The notes: generated by a model from the sequence alone, not told the origin. Shown: positions 27,187 through 36,466, counted from the first letter of the stretch. The stretch is DNA of 64,000 nt from Candidatus Moraniibacteriota bacterium (GCA_037201605.1 JBBCGM010000002.1:80697-144696); one strand, 5' to 3'. Numbers and translations: made by a program.

Positions 27187-28863
27187 GTGAAAGTCATGTC
27201 TTTTCGTTCGTGCCGCGTTTGGACAATTAGGCTTTTTCTCTTTGCTCTGCTTTTCGGTTTTGGTTCTCATCGAGCCGAAGCATTTTCCGGCGTAGGGACA
27301 GGTACGGCAGAAACTCCTTTTCTGATCACGACCTGCACGCAGCTCCAGGAGATGCAAGACGACCTGGAGGCCGACTACAAACTGAGAAACGACATTAATT
27401 GCGATGTCGCTCCCTACAATACCGGCAGCGGTTTCGAACCGGTAGGGGGTAGTTCTTCTCCTTTCGAGGGTTCCTTTGATGGCGCCGGACATGTTATCGA
27501 TAATCTCTTTATCGACCGTTCCAGCACGAGTAATGTCGGACTCTTCGGTTTTGTCGGCGATGAAGGGCTGATCTCAAATGTCGGCCTTACAAACGTTGAT
27601 ATCACCGGCTCTTCGTACGTCGGCGGCCTGGTTGGCCGTCTTTCTGCCGCTACCGTCGAATATTCCTACGTAGAAGGGACAGTTGAAGGCGCTTCAAATG
27701 TCGGCGGCCTGGCCGGAGGCGCTATAAACGGTATCGTGAGAACTTCCTACGCTCGGGTCAGCGTTTTTAGTACGGGTAGCGCGGGCGATGAAGGGGGTCT
27801 GGTAGGGTTATTGAATGGTGCATCGGCCAAGATCGAAAATTCCTATGCTACTGGAGACGTAAGCGGTTCGGGCCTGAACGTCTATGCCGGCGGCCTGGTC
27901 GGCCTTGGCGCAGGAGGCTTGATCGAGAATTCCTATGCCACCGGAGACGTGACAGTGAGCAATGCCGGGGGCAGCTATGCCGGCGGACTGGTGGGCATAA
28001 CCAGCATTACTATCAATAACTCGTATGCTACTGGCACCGCGACCGCAGCACAAGGCGATGCGAATGACGGAGGTTTCGCAGGGAGCAACGGAGGCATTAT
28101 TACCAACTCTTACAGCGTTGGTGTGGCTGGAGCGTTAGGGGGCGGATCTTCCAGTGTCACGAACAACCAGAGTATAAGCGATTTCTACGAGACCGATCCC
28201 CTGCACGATGTCTACCTTGGGACGCCTAGCTGGGACTTCGACAGTATCTGGTTTTTCAATGACGCCTCATCACTCCCCGTTCTGCATTTGAGGGCTGCTT
28301 CTGAAGAAGATACGGATACGTCGGAACGTGCGAAGATCTCTTCTTTCGAGGTTTCTCGTTACTCCGACAACAGCAAATGCCCCCAGAAGATCAGAGTAAC
28401 TGTTAAAGGCCACAACTTCGACGATGATGATACAGAGGTCTTTGTCGGTGGCAAGGAAGCCTCTTCCGTAGATGTCAAATCTTCTCGGAAGCTTGAAGCC
28501 CTGTTCTGTCTCGACAAGTTTTCCAAGAAAGACAAAACTTCTCTCAAAAAGACCCTTTCCGTAAAGAATCCCGATACCAAAGAAATCAAGGCCAATAACA
28601 AAATAGATTTGTCTGCCTACAAGAAGCCGAAGGTCTCTCTCGACCCTGACGCCTCTTTTGACGAAAGCACGAACGCCGGCACTACCAATATTCAGAAAGT
28701 ACTGGTTGCACTCGGTTTTCTCTCTGCAGATGACATTGTCGGGAGCTACGGCCCCAAGACAGTTGCAGCTGTCAAAGCCTTCCAGGCCAAGCAGGACATC
28801 TCCCAGACAGGCAATGTCGGTCCGAAGACTGTCGAAGCCCTCCAGAAGGCTATTGGCAAGTAG
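27187..28863 (+). CDS. Secreted GLUG-repeat protein with C-terminal peptidoglycan-binding (PGBD1-like) domain
   Basis: Signal peptide. Repeated VGGLVG / VGGLAGG / AGGLVG GLUG-type motifs. C-terminus NIQKVLVALGFL...YGPKTVAAVKAFQAKQDISQTGNVGPKT. Confidence 0.7.
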   Translation: MKVMSFRSCRVWTIRLFLFALLFGFGSHRAEAFSGVGTGTAETPFLITTCTQLQEMQDDLEADYKLRNDINCDVAPYNTGSGFEPVGGSSSPFEGSFDGAGHVIDNLFIDRSSTSNVGLFGFVGDEGLISNVGLTNVDITGSSYVGGLVGRLSAATVEYSYVEGTVEGASNVGGLAGGAINGIVRTSYARVSVFSTGSAGDEGGLVGLLNGASAKIENSYATGDVSGSGLNVYAGGLVGLGAGGLIENSYATGDVTVSNAGGSYAGGLVGITSITINNSYATGTATAAQGDANDGGFAGSNGGIITNSYSVGVAGALGGGSSSVTNNQSISDFYETDPLHDVYLGTPSWDFDSIWFFNDASSLPVLHLRAASEEDTDTSERAKISSFEVSRYSDNSKCPQKIRVTVKGHNFDDDDTEVFVGGKEASSVDVKSSRKLEALFCLDKFSKKDKTSLKKTLSVKNPDTKEIKANNKIDLSAYKKPKVSLDPDASFDESTNAGTTNIQKVLVALGFLSADDIVGSYGPKTVAAVKAFQAKQDISQTGNVGPKTVEALQKAIGK

Positions 28864-28884
28864 CATCGGGCAAATCTGCTGTCA

Positions 28885-28920
28885 CCGCCGCTCTCCAAGA
28901 AAGGGCGGCTTTGTTTTTTT
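28885..28920 (+). terminator. Intrinsic terminator
   Basis: CCGCC...GGCGG stem followed by TTTGTTTTTTT. Confidence 0.5.
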
Positions 28921-28977
28921 GCCAATCTTCTCTAGAATAGGAAAGGAGTTTGTTTTTAATCCCAGCCACTGCAGCCT

Positions 28978-29367
28978 ATGATGCGTCCAGCGCCGTTTAT
29001 CAAGAAGAAAGTATGTGTCATCGATGACGATGACAATATCCGCGAGATTTACCAAGTCAGCCTAAAAGGCGCTGATTTCGAAGTCGTTACGGCTGCCGAT
29101 GGCGAGCAGGGGCTCGTTGTGATCAAGAACGAGCGGCCCGATATTATTCTGCTCGATCTGCAGATGCCTATCATGGACGGCTTCGAGGTCTTGAAGAAGC
29201 TCGACAAGGACCCGGAACTTTCCCGTATCCCCGTGGTTATCCTGAGCAATGTGGATGACGAGATGGCCTTCAAAAAGGCGGGCAAGTTCGATACCCGCTT
29301 CTATATGATCAAAGCCCTCACCAGCCCCCAGAAGGTGATAGAGACCATTTCCGAAGTATTGAACTAA
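28978..29367 (+). CDS. Single-domain response regulator (CheY-like receiver), orphan
   Basis: VCVIDDDDNIRE..., phospho-acceptor context IILLDLQMPIMDG, VVILSN and K in ...MIKAL. No output domain and no kinase nearby. Confidence 0.85.
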   Translation: MMRPAPFIKKKVCVIDDDDNIREIYQVSLKGADFEVVTAADGEQGLVVIKNERPDIILLDLQMPIMDGFEVLKKLDKDPELSRIPVVILSNVDDEMAFKKAGKFDTRFYMIKALTSPQKVIETISEVLN

Positions 29368-29458
29368 GGGAAATCCGAAAAAAGCCGAAGATAAGCCAAA
29401 AAGCAGCCAAAAAGAGCTGTTTTTTGCTTTATCTAAGCCATTTAACTGCCATATCCTA

Positions 29459-29487
29459 TTGACAGAAATACTATAATATGCTAATAT
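29459..29487 (+). promoter_or_regulatory. Sigma70-like promoter
   Basis: TTGACA (29459-29464), 17-nt spacer, TAATAT (29482-29487). Confidence 0.5.
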
Positions 29488-29580
29488 CGTTGGTTGACTG
29501 AAATGGATTGCCCTAGAGGCAAACAGGCAGGTCAGCCCGTTTTTTCCCCAGGGGAATGCGGCTTATCCGTAACGCATCCT

Positions 29581-30099
29581 ATGCGTTTTACGAAGCAATT
29601 AGTGTTTGTCGGTATTCTGTCTCTCTCGCTCCTTCCCAAACTCCTGTATGCTGCTACCCCCGAGGTAACCGAGGAGTATAACTATGCGAACGATCCCTTC
29701 CTCGTTAAGTGGGCTCTCCAGGACCCCCAGTCCGAGCCCGTGAAGACCGAGGATGACAAGGTCCTGGATGTCTGGAAACAGAAACAGAAGGATCTGTGGA
29801 CCCGTCTGCCTGACGGCAAGTTCGAGCTCAACGCTTCTGCCTATACGGCTGCGGCTGATGAGTGTGGCAAGAGCGACGGTATTACCGCTTCCGGTCTTCG
29901 TGTGACGGAAAAGCGCACCCTCGCCTGCCCCAAGAACTTCCCATTCGGTACGATTATCCGGATTGACGGTATGGGTGAATACCGCTGTGAAGACCGCGGT
30001 GGCGCCATTACCACGAACCGCATAGACATCTACATGGAGACCAAGTCGGAAGCTTTCGCTTTCGGTCGCCAGCAGCTTATCGCTGAGGTGGTCAAGTAA
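29581..30099 (+). CDS. Secreted 3D-domain (MltA/RlpA-like double-psi barrel) protein
   Basis: Signal peptide MRFTKQLVFVGILSLSLLPKLLYA. C-terminus GITASGLRV...FPFGTIIRIDGMGEYRCEDRGGAITTNRIDIYMET. Start chosen at 29581 inside ORF 29494..30099. Confidence 0.75.
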   Translation: MRFTKQLVFVGILSLSLLPKLLYAATPEVTEEYNYANDPFLVKWALQDPQSEPVKTEDDKVLDVWKQKQKDLWTRLPDGKFELNASAYTAAADECGKSDGITASGLRVTEKRTLACPKNFPFGTIIRIDGMGEYRCEDRGGAITTNRIDIYMETKSEAFAFGRQQLIAEVVK

Positions 30100-30190
30100 T
30101 CTGTGCGGATGGAGAAGACTCCCCTCTTTGGGGAGTTTTCTTTTGCGCGTTGACCGTGACCGGGCCTTTTGCTAGGCTTCTTGGAGCAAA

Positions 30191-30262
30191 GGTCGTGTGG
30201 CCGAGTGGTTAGGCACGGGTCTGCAAAACCCTTTACCCCCGGTTCAATTCCGGGCACGACCT
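30191..30262 (+). tRNA. tRNA-Cys (anticodon GCA)
   Basis: Acceptor GGTCGTG/CACGACC, anticodon loop CTGCAAA, T arm CCCGG-TTCAATT-CCGGG. Confidence 0.9.
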
Positions 30263-30269
30263 CAGAAAT

Positions 30270-30352
30270 GCCGTGGTGGCGGAATGGTATACGCAGCGGA
30301 CTTAAAATCCGCGGGCCGCAAGGCCATGAGAGTTCGAGTCTCTCCCGCGGCA
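30270..30352 (+). tRNA. tRNA-Leu (anticodon TAA)
   Basis: Acceptor GCCGTGG/CCGCGGC, anticodon arm GCGGA-CTTAAAA-TCCGC, long variable arm, T-loop AGTTCGAGTCT. Confidence 0.9.
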
Positions 30353-30360
30353 CAAAAAAA

Positions 30361-30385
30361 CTCCCTTGATAAAAGGGAGTTTTAT
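30361..30385 (+). terminator. Intrinsic terminator after the tRNA pair
   Basis: CTCCCTT-gataa-AAGGGAG followed by TTTTAT. Confidence 0.55.
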
Positions 30386-30411
30386 ATACTATAAATAGGG
30401 TATAAACTTTT

Positions 30412-30889
30412 TTGAGTATCTGTATGAGAATCCTAACTGTTCTCAATAAAGAACCCGGATCTCCAAGTATGCTGAAATCATACGGTACAGAAGCTATCCT
30501 TCTCTACTTTTTGGCCTTTTTCGGAGGTGCTGCGATTAATAGATTTGGATCATCTCTCGTTTCTTTAGTTGATCCATCAGTTTCTTCCGCTTCAGGATTT
30601 ATGGATTTCGGAATTGTTGTTTTTGGATTTTTTTCTTTTTATTTTCTCTATCCCCTTCCTTATTCCTCTGAAGCTGGGTCAGGCATGGGCCGAGACTCCT
30701 TTGCTCATCATTCTTATAATTTATGTTGCCATCCCTTTCCTTATGGTGTCACTGTTTCTCTTAATGACTCTCACGGGTTTTCTGATTCAAGCTCCGCTTT
30801 GGATACTGTGGCTTATTATTGTCACTGCTTTTAGAAATCGAGCAAATCTCGCAGTAATTGATAGAAAGGCGCCTGAACCCCTATCCTAA
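30412..30889 (+). CDS. Hypothetical small membrane protein (one frame break)
   Basis: Two overlapping ORFs (30412..30834 and 30569..30889) each carry hydrophobic helices. No recognisable family. Confidence 0.3.
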
Positions 30890-30974
30890 TTCAAGAAAAA
30901 TAAAACTCCCCTAGCGGGAGTTTTTATTTCGCTATAATATGGCATTAGGCAAACCTCAAAGAGGAGATTGACCA

Positions 30975-31433
30975 ATGTCTCTCAGCATAGTTCCTGCGGA
31001 AGAAGAATCCACTTACTCAGAGTTCATTCACAAAGCAATTCTTTGGTATATCAATCGGCGCAGAGATAATCGTGCCGTGCATGGAAAAGTTCATCTGGGT
31101 GTCACGAGAAGTGAGCTCGAGCGTCCTTTCCTGCGCTTTTTCAGTCTCCGTTCAAAAGACTTTGAAAAGACGATCAATGAGATGGCGCAAAAGGGAACAC
31201 TTCTCATAACCTTGCGCTTTAATAAGCGCATTGGAAATGGCTCTTATGCTCGGACTTCTACCAAGGTAGAGATTCTCGATAAGCTTCCGACCGCCAAGCA
31301 AGCAAATGGTTCTGTACAACGTTTCTACCTCCCTGACCATCTCCCGCTTCAGGTTCGCGCTGCTGGGATGCAGATGGTTGAAATCGATCAGCTTATTCGG
31401 GACATCACGCGCCCCTTAACCGCCGTCGCTTAA
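30975..31433 (+). CDS. Hypothetical protein
   Basis: 152-aa ORF followed by a strong terminator. No motif recognised. Confidence 0.4.
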   Translation: MSLSIVPAEEESTYSEFIHKAILWYINRRRDNRAVHGKVHLGVTRSELERPFLRFFSLRSKDFEKTINEMAQKGTLLITLRFNKRIGNGSYARTSTKVEILDKLPTAKQANGSVQRFYLPDHLPLQVRAAGMQMVEIDQLIRDITRPLTAVA

Positions 31434-31458
31434 CTCAAGTACCTGCTCTCACTTAAAT

Positions 31459-31494
31459 CCCGCCACTGCCTCTAAAGCTTGTGGCGGGTTTTTT
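31459..31494 (+). terminator. Intrinsic terminator
   Basis: CCCGCCAC (31459-31466) ... GTGGCGGG (31481-31488) followed by TTTTTT. Confidence 0.65.
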
Positions 31495-32080
31495 CTAAGA
31501 GTCTTCTTTTAATTTCTCAATCACCTTCGGGACCTTTTTAAAATCTTTGATCAAAGTTTCGCGCATCGAGCCGTTGTAGAGCGCGGCGGCCGGATGATAG
31601 AGCGCGAAAAAAACAAGCGTTCCCAAGCCGGGGATGTCACGCCGGAACGCTTGGCCATGCACCTCGGAAATCTTTTTGCCCGGAACGAAATGTTCGAGGG
31701 CGTGGCGGGCCGAGCGTTACGATCACTTTCGGCTCAATCACTTTGATCTGTTCGTGCAGCCAGGTTTCGCAGGCAGCGACTTCTTCGGGTAGCGGATCGC
31801 GATTATCAGGCGGACGGTATTTGACGACGTTCGTGATGTAGACATCTTCGCGTTTCAGGCCGGTGCTTGCGAGCATTTCATTTAAGAATTTTCCGGCAGC
31901 TCCTACGAACGGCTTGCCCTGCAGATCTTCGTTCTTGCCGGGCGCTTCGCCGATAAAGAGAATGTCGGCATCAGGATTGCCATCCCCCGGCACCGGCTGT
32001 GTCGCCGTGTCTTTTAGTGCGCAGTCGCAGCTGGCAGCCTGCAGAATATTGACGGCATCGAGCGTTTGCTTTTTGTCCAT
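31495..32080 (-). CDS. Uracil-DNA glycosylase family 4 (one frame break near 31700)
   Basis: ILFIGEAPGKNEDLQGKPFVGAAGKFL motif. The C-terminal part (...HALEHFVPGKKISEVHGQAF...LYHPAAALYN) is in another frame after an extra C in GGCCCGCC. Confidence 0.8.
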
Positions 32081-32082
32081 AA

Positions 32083-33061
32083 TTATACGATAGCAAATCC
32101 GTACTCCGTCTCGCGGATGCGGCCGGGGAGTTCGAAGCCGCTCGCCAGACGATGGCCTCCCCCGCCGAATCGGTGGGCGATAGCCGACACATCTACCTGG
32201 TGCTGTTCCATGGTCCTCAGGCTCGCGCGTACCGTATCGTCATCACGCTCCGAGAGCACGAGGGCGAAGCGAGCGTCGGGCACGGTCGAGAGAATGGAGG
32301 CGACTTGGTAAATGTCTTCTGGGCGCGCGTGGCAGAGTGCAAGGTCTTCCTGGGTAACGGCCGTTACCAGCATGCCGTTTTCTGGGTAGAGGCGCGCCCG
32401 TTCCAGCGCCTTCCCCCACAGGCGCAGCGCCGCGATGTCTTGGTGCGCGTAGATGAGCTGTGAAACTTTCGCAAGCGGCGCCCCGCTCTTCATGAGGGCG
32501 GCCGTGATTTCCATAACACGAGGTGAAACGCTGGCATGCTGCAGGTTGCCAGTGTCGAACAAAATGCCGGCAAGCAAAGCGCTGGCGGCTTTTTTGGTCA
32601 GGCGCGCTTCCACCGACATGAGAAAGAGATAGACCAGTTCGCAGGTCGAAGAATATTTGGGATCGATCATTACGATATCGCCGGAGACGCTGATATCAGG
32701 ATGATGATCCATGAGCACTACCACCGTTTTTTTCCGATACGCGCTCGCGAATCAGATGAAACCCGCGATCTACGCTATCGAGTGCGATGACGGCGTCATA
32801 GGCGCCGAGATCCACATTGTCCGGATGCGTAAAATGCTCTTTGGAAAGCGCAGAGAGACTTTCAGGAAAAGCGTCAAAGCAAGCGATAGTCGCTTCTTTA
32901 CCCAGCCCCAGGATGTATTCTTGCATTGCGAGATTAGCACCGACGGTATCAGCGTCGGGTCTGGTGTGAGCGAAAAGCAAAATACGTTCTGCGGTGCTTA
33001 TGACGTAGTCGAGCTGACGGAATTCTTGGTGAAAATCTTGCATAGCGGAATTAAACGTCAC
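32083..33061 (-). CDS. DHH/DHHA1 phosphoesterase (NrnA-like), one frame break near 32710
   Basis: N-terminal ORF 32696..33061 has HTRPDADTVGA (DHH context). C-terminal ORF 32083..32724 has DPKYSSTCELV and GGGHRLASG (DHHA1 GGGH). Confidence 0.8.
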
Positions 33062-33401
33062 TCCCCTCCTCTTTCAGGGAGATGAGTATTTTTTCAATGA
33101 CATCGTTTTTCTGGGCGGTTTTGTCGATGAAAAAACGAAGTCTCGGTAGCGGCTTCATCGAAAGTTTTCCATGTACGAAGTGCTCGAGCGTCACCCTCTC
33201 TTTGGCAAGCGTTTTGAGCGCGTAGGCCTCGTCGCTTTCCGGAAAAGCACTTACATAGACGCGTGCCTGACGCAGGTCACGCGAGACCTCGGCGCGTACG
33301 ACCGTCAGAAGGAGCCCTTCTTTGAGCGTCAGCGTCGTAGAAATAGCCTGGGCTACCAGATCACGGATCAGTTCGTTTACCTTGATAATGCGTTCGGACA
33401 T
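33051..33401 (-). CDS. rbfA: Ribosome-binding factor A
   Basis: MSERIIKVNELIRDLVAQAIS...LTVVRAEVSRDLRQARVYVS pattern. Confidence 0.85.
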   Translation of the reverse strand: MSERIIKVNELIRDLVAQAISTTLTLKEGLLLTVVRAEVSRDLRQARVYVSAFPESDEAYALKTLAKERVTLEHFVHGKLSMKPLPRLRFFIDKTAQKNDVIEKILISLKEEGSDV

Positions 33402-33417
33402 CTTGCGAAGTTAATAG

Positions 33418-33489
33418 TGCCCTCGGCAGGAATCGAACCTACAGCTTTCCCTTAGGACGGGATTGTTTTATCCATTAAACTACGAAGGC
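33418..33489 (-). tRNA. tRNA-Arg (anticodon CCT)
   Basis: The reverse complement gives acceptor GCCTTCG/CGAGGGC, D arm GTTT-AATGGATA-AAAC, anticodon loop GTCCTAA and T-loop GGTTCGATTCC. Confidence 0.75.
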
Positions 33490-33508
33490 CAGCGAAGTTT
33501 CTAAACAG

Positions 33509-33581
33509 TGGACCCAGCCGGACTCGAACCGGCGACCTCCTCCATGCCATGGAGGCGCGCTACCAGCTGTGCTATGGGCCC
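33509..33581 (-). tRNA. tRNA-Ala (anticodon GGC)
   Basis: The reverse complement gives acceptor GGGCCCA/TGGGTCC with the G3:U70 pair, anticodon arm CCTCC-ATGGCAT-GGAGG and T arm GCCGG-TTCGAGT-CCGGC. Confidence 0.9.
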
Positions 33582-33709
33582 CAGTGTCGCAAACATCTCA
33601 CTATCATACGGCAAAGAGCGAATCTGTCAATCAGAAAAAGAGCATCCGCTCCCCTTTTCCCTAAAGCCGATCAAGCCTATAATAAAGGGATTTCTCTTTA
33701 ATTATAGGT

Positions 33710-35254
33710 ATGTTCAGGAAAGTCCCGCTACTTTTTTCTCAGCTCTCTTCAAGCGCTTTTTGGGAAAAGGTTTTTTTGGCAGGCCTTATCTTAACCGCCT
33801 TTCTTTCTATCCGGAAGACAATCGCTACCATCGCTCCCCTTCCGGGAGCTTCTTTCAATGAATATGCTGATATTTCTCTATATGCTTTTGATGTCTTTTT
33901 CATACTGTGGGCCTCCTGTTTTATATTAAGAAACAAAATATTAATATTGTCAATATTAAGATCTCTCTATAAGCAGAAATCACAAATGTTCCACGTGGAA
34001 CATTTTCCTCTATCAGCTCTTATCATAGTCTTCTTTCTCTCTACTCTCTTCTCAAAATACCCAATCCTGAGTTTCTATACATTGCATTTTTGGCTGCAGG
34101 GCATATTTCTATTTACAGCCCTCCTAATTTATCCAATGTTCCACGTGGAACATTTGAAAAACTCATCAAAAAATGTTCCACGTGGAACATTTGAAAAACT
34201 CATCAAAAAATGTTCCACGTGGAACATTTTACAGTTAACATGGTCAATTATCCTTATATTAAGCCTTTTTGACCTCATTCTCACTTTCTGGCAACCTTTT
34301 AGCGGCTCCTCTCTAGGACTATGGTGGCTGGGGGAGCCAAGCCTAAAATTAGGTAATCCGGCAGTAGCCAAAGTATTCCTCTTTGGAGAGCCTATTTTAC
34401 GCGGTTATGGATTTTTTCTTCATCCAAATATAAATGCTCTTTTTCTCCTTTGCGTAATTTGGATTCTCATAAATGTTCCACGTGGAACATTCTGAACATT
34501 CAAACACCCAATGTTCCACGTGGAACACGGGTCTAACTTCAAAAAAAGCCTTTTTACTAGCCACCCTCTGTGCTTTTGGATTCTTGCTGACCTTTTCAAA
34601 AGGGGCTTTTTTACTTGCAATAGGGCTTTTTCTCTATAAAATGTTCCACGTGGAACATCCAGGTCGTTTAAAAAGCTTTTATACGATGTTCCACGTGGAA
34701 CATGTGAAGTTTCTGATACCCATAATTTTGTGGATAACCATTGTATTCTTTGCTTTATACACGCTTTTGCACAACTCTCAGTCTCTCTCAGAGCGTGAAA
34801 ATCTTCTTTTTCTGTTCTCTGAAGGTTGGAGTCCGAGTTTATGGGGGTCTGGGTTAGGGACTACGGTAGTTGAAAACATTGATAGGGGATTGGTAAATCC
34901 AGACTGGTTCTTGCAGCCAGTACATAATGTATATCTCATTGCCTTAGGAGAAACAGGCCTTCTAGGGCTATTAGCATGGACTTTCACTCTTTTTAAACAC
35001 TTTTTGGAGCCATGTTCCACGTGGAACATCTGCGGAAATTGTACAAGGATGTTCCACGTGGAACACTAAATAGTAATGATGGGGTCAAAAAATGTTCCAC
35101 GTGGAACATTTACGGAGGATTACTCTTTATCTTTGTCGGCAGTATGTTTTTCGATCATTTTTTATGGGACATACCCAGCGGATTATGGATGTTCTGGATT
35201 TTTCTCGGATTGGCTTATCCTAGTCATCTAGTATATATTGACAAAATTAAATAA
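33710..35254 (+). CDS. Third O-antigen-ligase/Wzy-like membrane protein, carrying 11 embedded parS-type palindromes (two frame breaks)
   Basis: Three consecutive ORFs (33710..34495, 34473..35069, 35012..35254). Wzy_C-like motifs LLTFSKGAFLLAIG and PVHNVYLIALGETGLLGLL. MFHVEH, CSTWN and VPRGT hexapeptides mark the palindromes. Confidence 0.6.
33986..35109. repeat. Array of 11 parS-type palindromes (16-bp core TGTTCCACGTGGAACA; 18-bp ATGTTCCACGTGGAACAT)
   Basis: 18-mer starts: 33986, 34136, 34173, 34210, 34473, 34511, 34641, 34686, 35012, 35049, 35092. The 16-bp core is perfect in all 11. In the copies at 34511 and 35049 the 18th base is C. The copies fall into five clusters with intra-cluster spacing of 37-45 bp. 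Confidence 0.9.
34136..34227. repeat. 37-bp tandem repeat, about 2.5 units, each containing one parS-type palindrome
   Basis: ATGTTCCACGTGGAACATTTGAAAAACTCATCAAAAA is repeated identically at 34136 and 34173, with a third partial unit from 34210. Confidence 0.9.
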
Positions 35255-35265
35255 AATTGTATAAT
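35238..35265 (+). promoter_or_regulatory. Sigma70-like promoter
   Basis: TTGACA (35238-35243), 16-nt spacer, TATAAT (35260-35265). Confidence 0.5.
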
Positions 35266-35464
35266 ATATTCTTTAGAAAAAGATTGGCAAAGGATCTTAT
35301 TGCAAGACTTTACTGCGAATTTCTAAGAAGATTTCTAGGAGTTTACTCTTAAAAATACTTCTAAAAAACGATGCTCTCTGTAAAGAGATTTCTCTCAAAT
35401 ACCTCTTTCTTTTTCGCTCTAAAAACTGATATACTGACGAAGCAATACAAACATCTCAAAACTT

Positions 35465-36463
35465 TTGATCATGCGTGCTTTCGGTTTGTCGAACAATAGC
35501 GAACAGAGCGCTTCTTTTAAATTCGTGTTTCCTGTTTTCGTTGCGCTTTTTTTGGCAAGTGCTTTTTTCTTGGCGCGTGCCGCTGAGCAAAGCCCGAGTA
35601 ATTCTTCTGTTTTTCTTGATAGCGATCAGGACAATCTGACTGATGACGAAGAAGCACTGTACGGAACTGACCCCCGGAAAAAAAGATACTGACGGCGATA
35701 GCTATTCGGACAGCGTGGAAATCCAGAGCGGTTTTGATCCTCTCAAACCCGCACCTGGGGATCGTATCGCGCCGGTGACAGATGTTGAGGCGCCGGTTCA
35801 GAACGGAACTTCTCAAGAGAATCTCACCAACAAAGCTTCCGATCAGATAGCTTCTCTTTTGAAGAACGCCGAGCAGGGAGAGAGCGTGAATATGGAGGAT
35901 ATTACGCAGGCCGTACAGGGAGCTCTTTCTCAGAATACGGAAGTGACTCTTCCGGAAATTGATATTTCCAAGATCAAAATTAAGAAAGCGCCCTCGACAA
36001 ACTCTCTGACGAAAAACGCGAAGCCCAGGAAAAAAAGGACGTGACGGAATACCTCACCGTGATCGCCTACTTGTTTGCCAATAATGCGCCACAGTCTTTT
36101 ACGAATGAAGACGAGTTCGGAGCGATGCTCGGCGCATTAGCGCAGCAGGGGACGCTTTCGCTTACCAGCGGCAACAGCGCATACTTGGATGCGCTGGCTG
36201 AAAAGGGGAAGAACATTACTGACGGCGCACTCGATATCGAAGTGCCCGAACAGATGCTCTCGGTGCATGTCAAAGCGCTCCAGTTGGCAGCCTACGCCCA
36301 AACTCTCAAGGATGAATTACGGCCAGGAGAGGCTGACCCTTTGGGCCAGATCGCGACACTTTCCAAAGTCCAAGGCTTTCTCAATGTCATGAGTTCTTTT
36401 ATGGATGAAGTGCATGCGCGCATGGGCGATTACGGCATCGAAGAAATTCCGCTCGACATCTAG
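35465..36463 (+). CDS. Secreted protein with thrombospondin-type-3-like Ca-binding repeats (at least 2 frame breaks)
   Basis: Signal/TM helix. DSDQDNLTDDEEALYGTDPRKKDTDGDSYSDSVEIQSGFDP is only readable across the A7 run at 35678-35684. A second break lies near 35985-36045. Confidence 0.55.
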
Positions 36464-36466
36464 CCT

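Noticed and set aside
29488-29580. A c-di-AMP (ydaO-type) riboswitch in the leader of the 3D-domain gene
   Set aside because: The gene class is a known target of that riboswitch in other phyla. However, the leader is only about 90 nt and I could not find the conserved ydaO core elements.
30030-30446. Minus-strand 138-aa ORF
   Set aside because: It runs straight through tRNA-Cys and tRNA-Leu on the opposite strand and is spurious.
33986-35109. Could the repeated palindrome array be a CRISPR locus?
   Set aside because: The repeat is only 16-18 bp and perfectly palindromic. Spacing is irregular, at 37-326 bp. Two of the intervening spacers are identical to each other. No cas genes are nearby, and the array lies inside a coding frame. 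The sequence matches the parS family instead.
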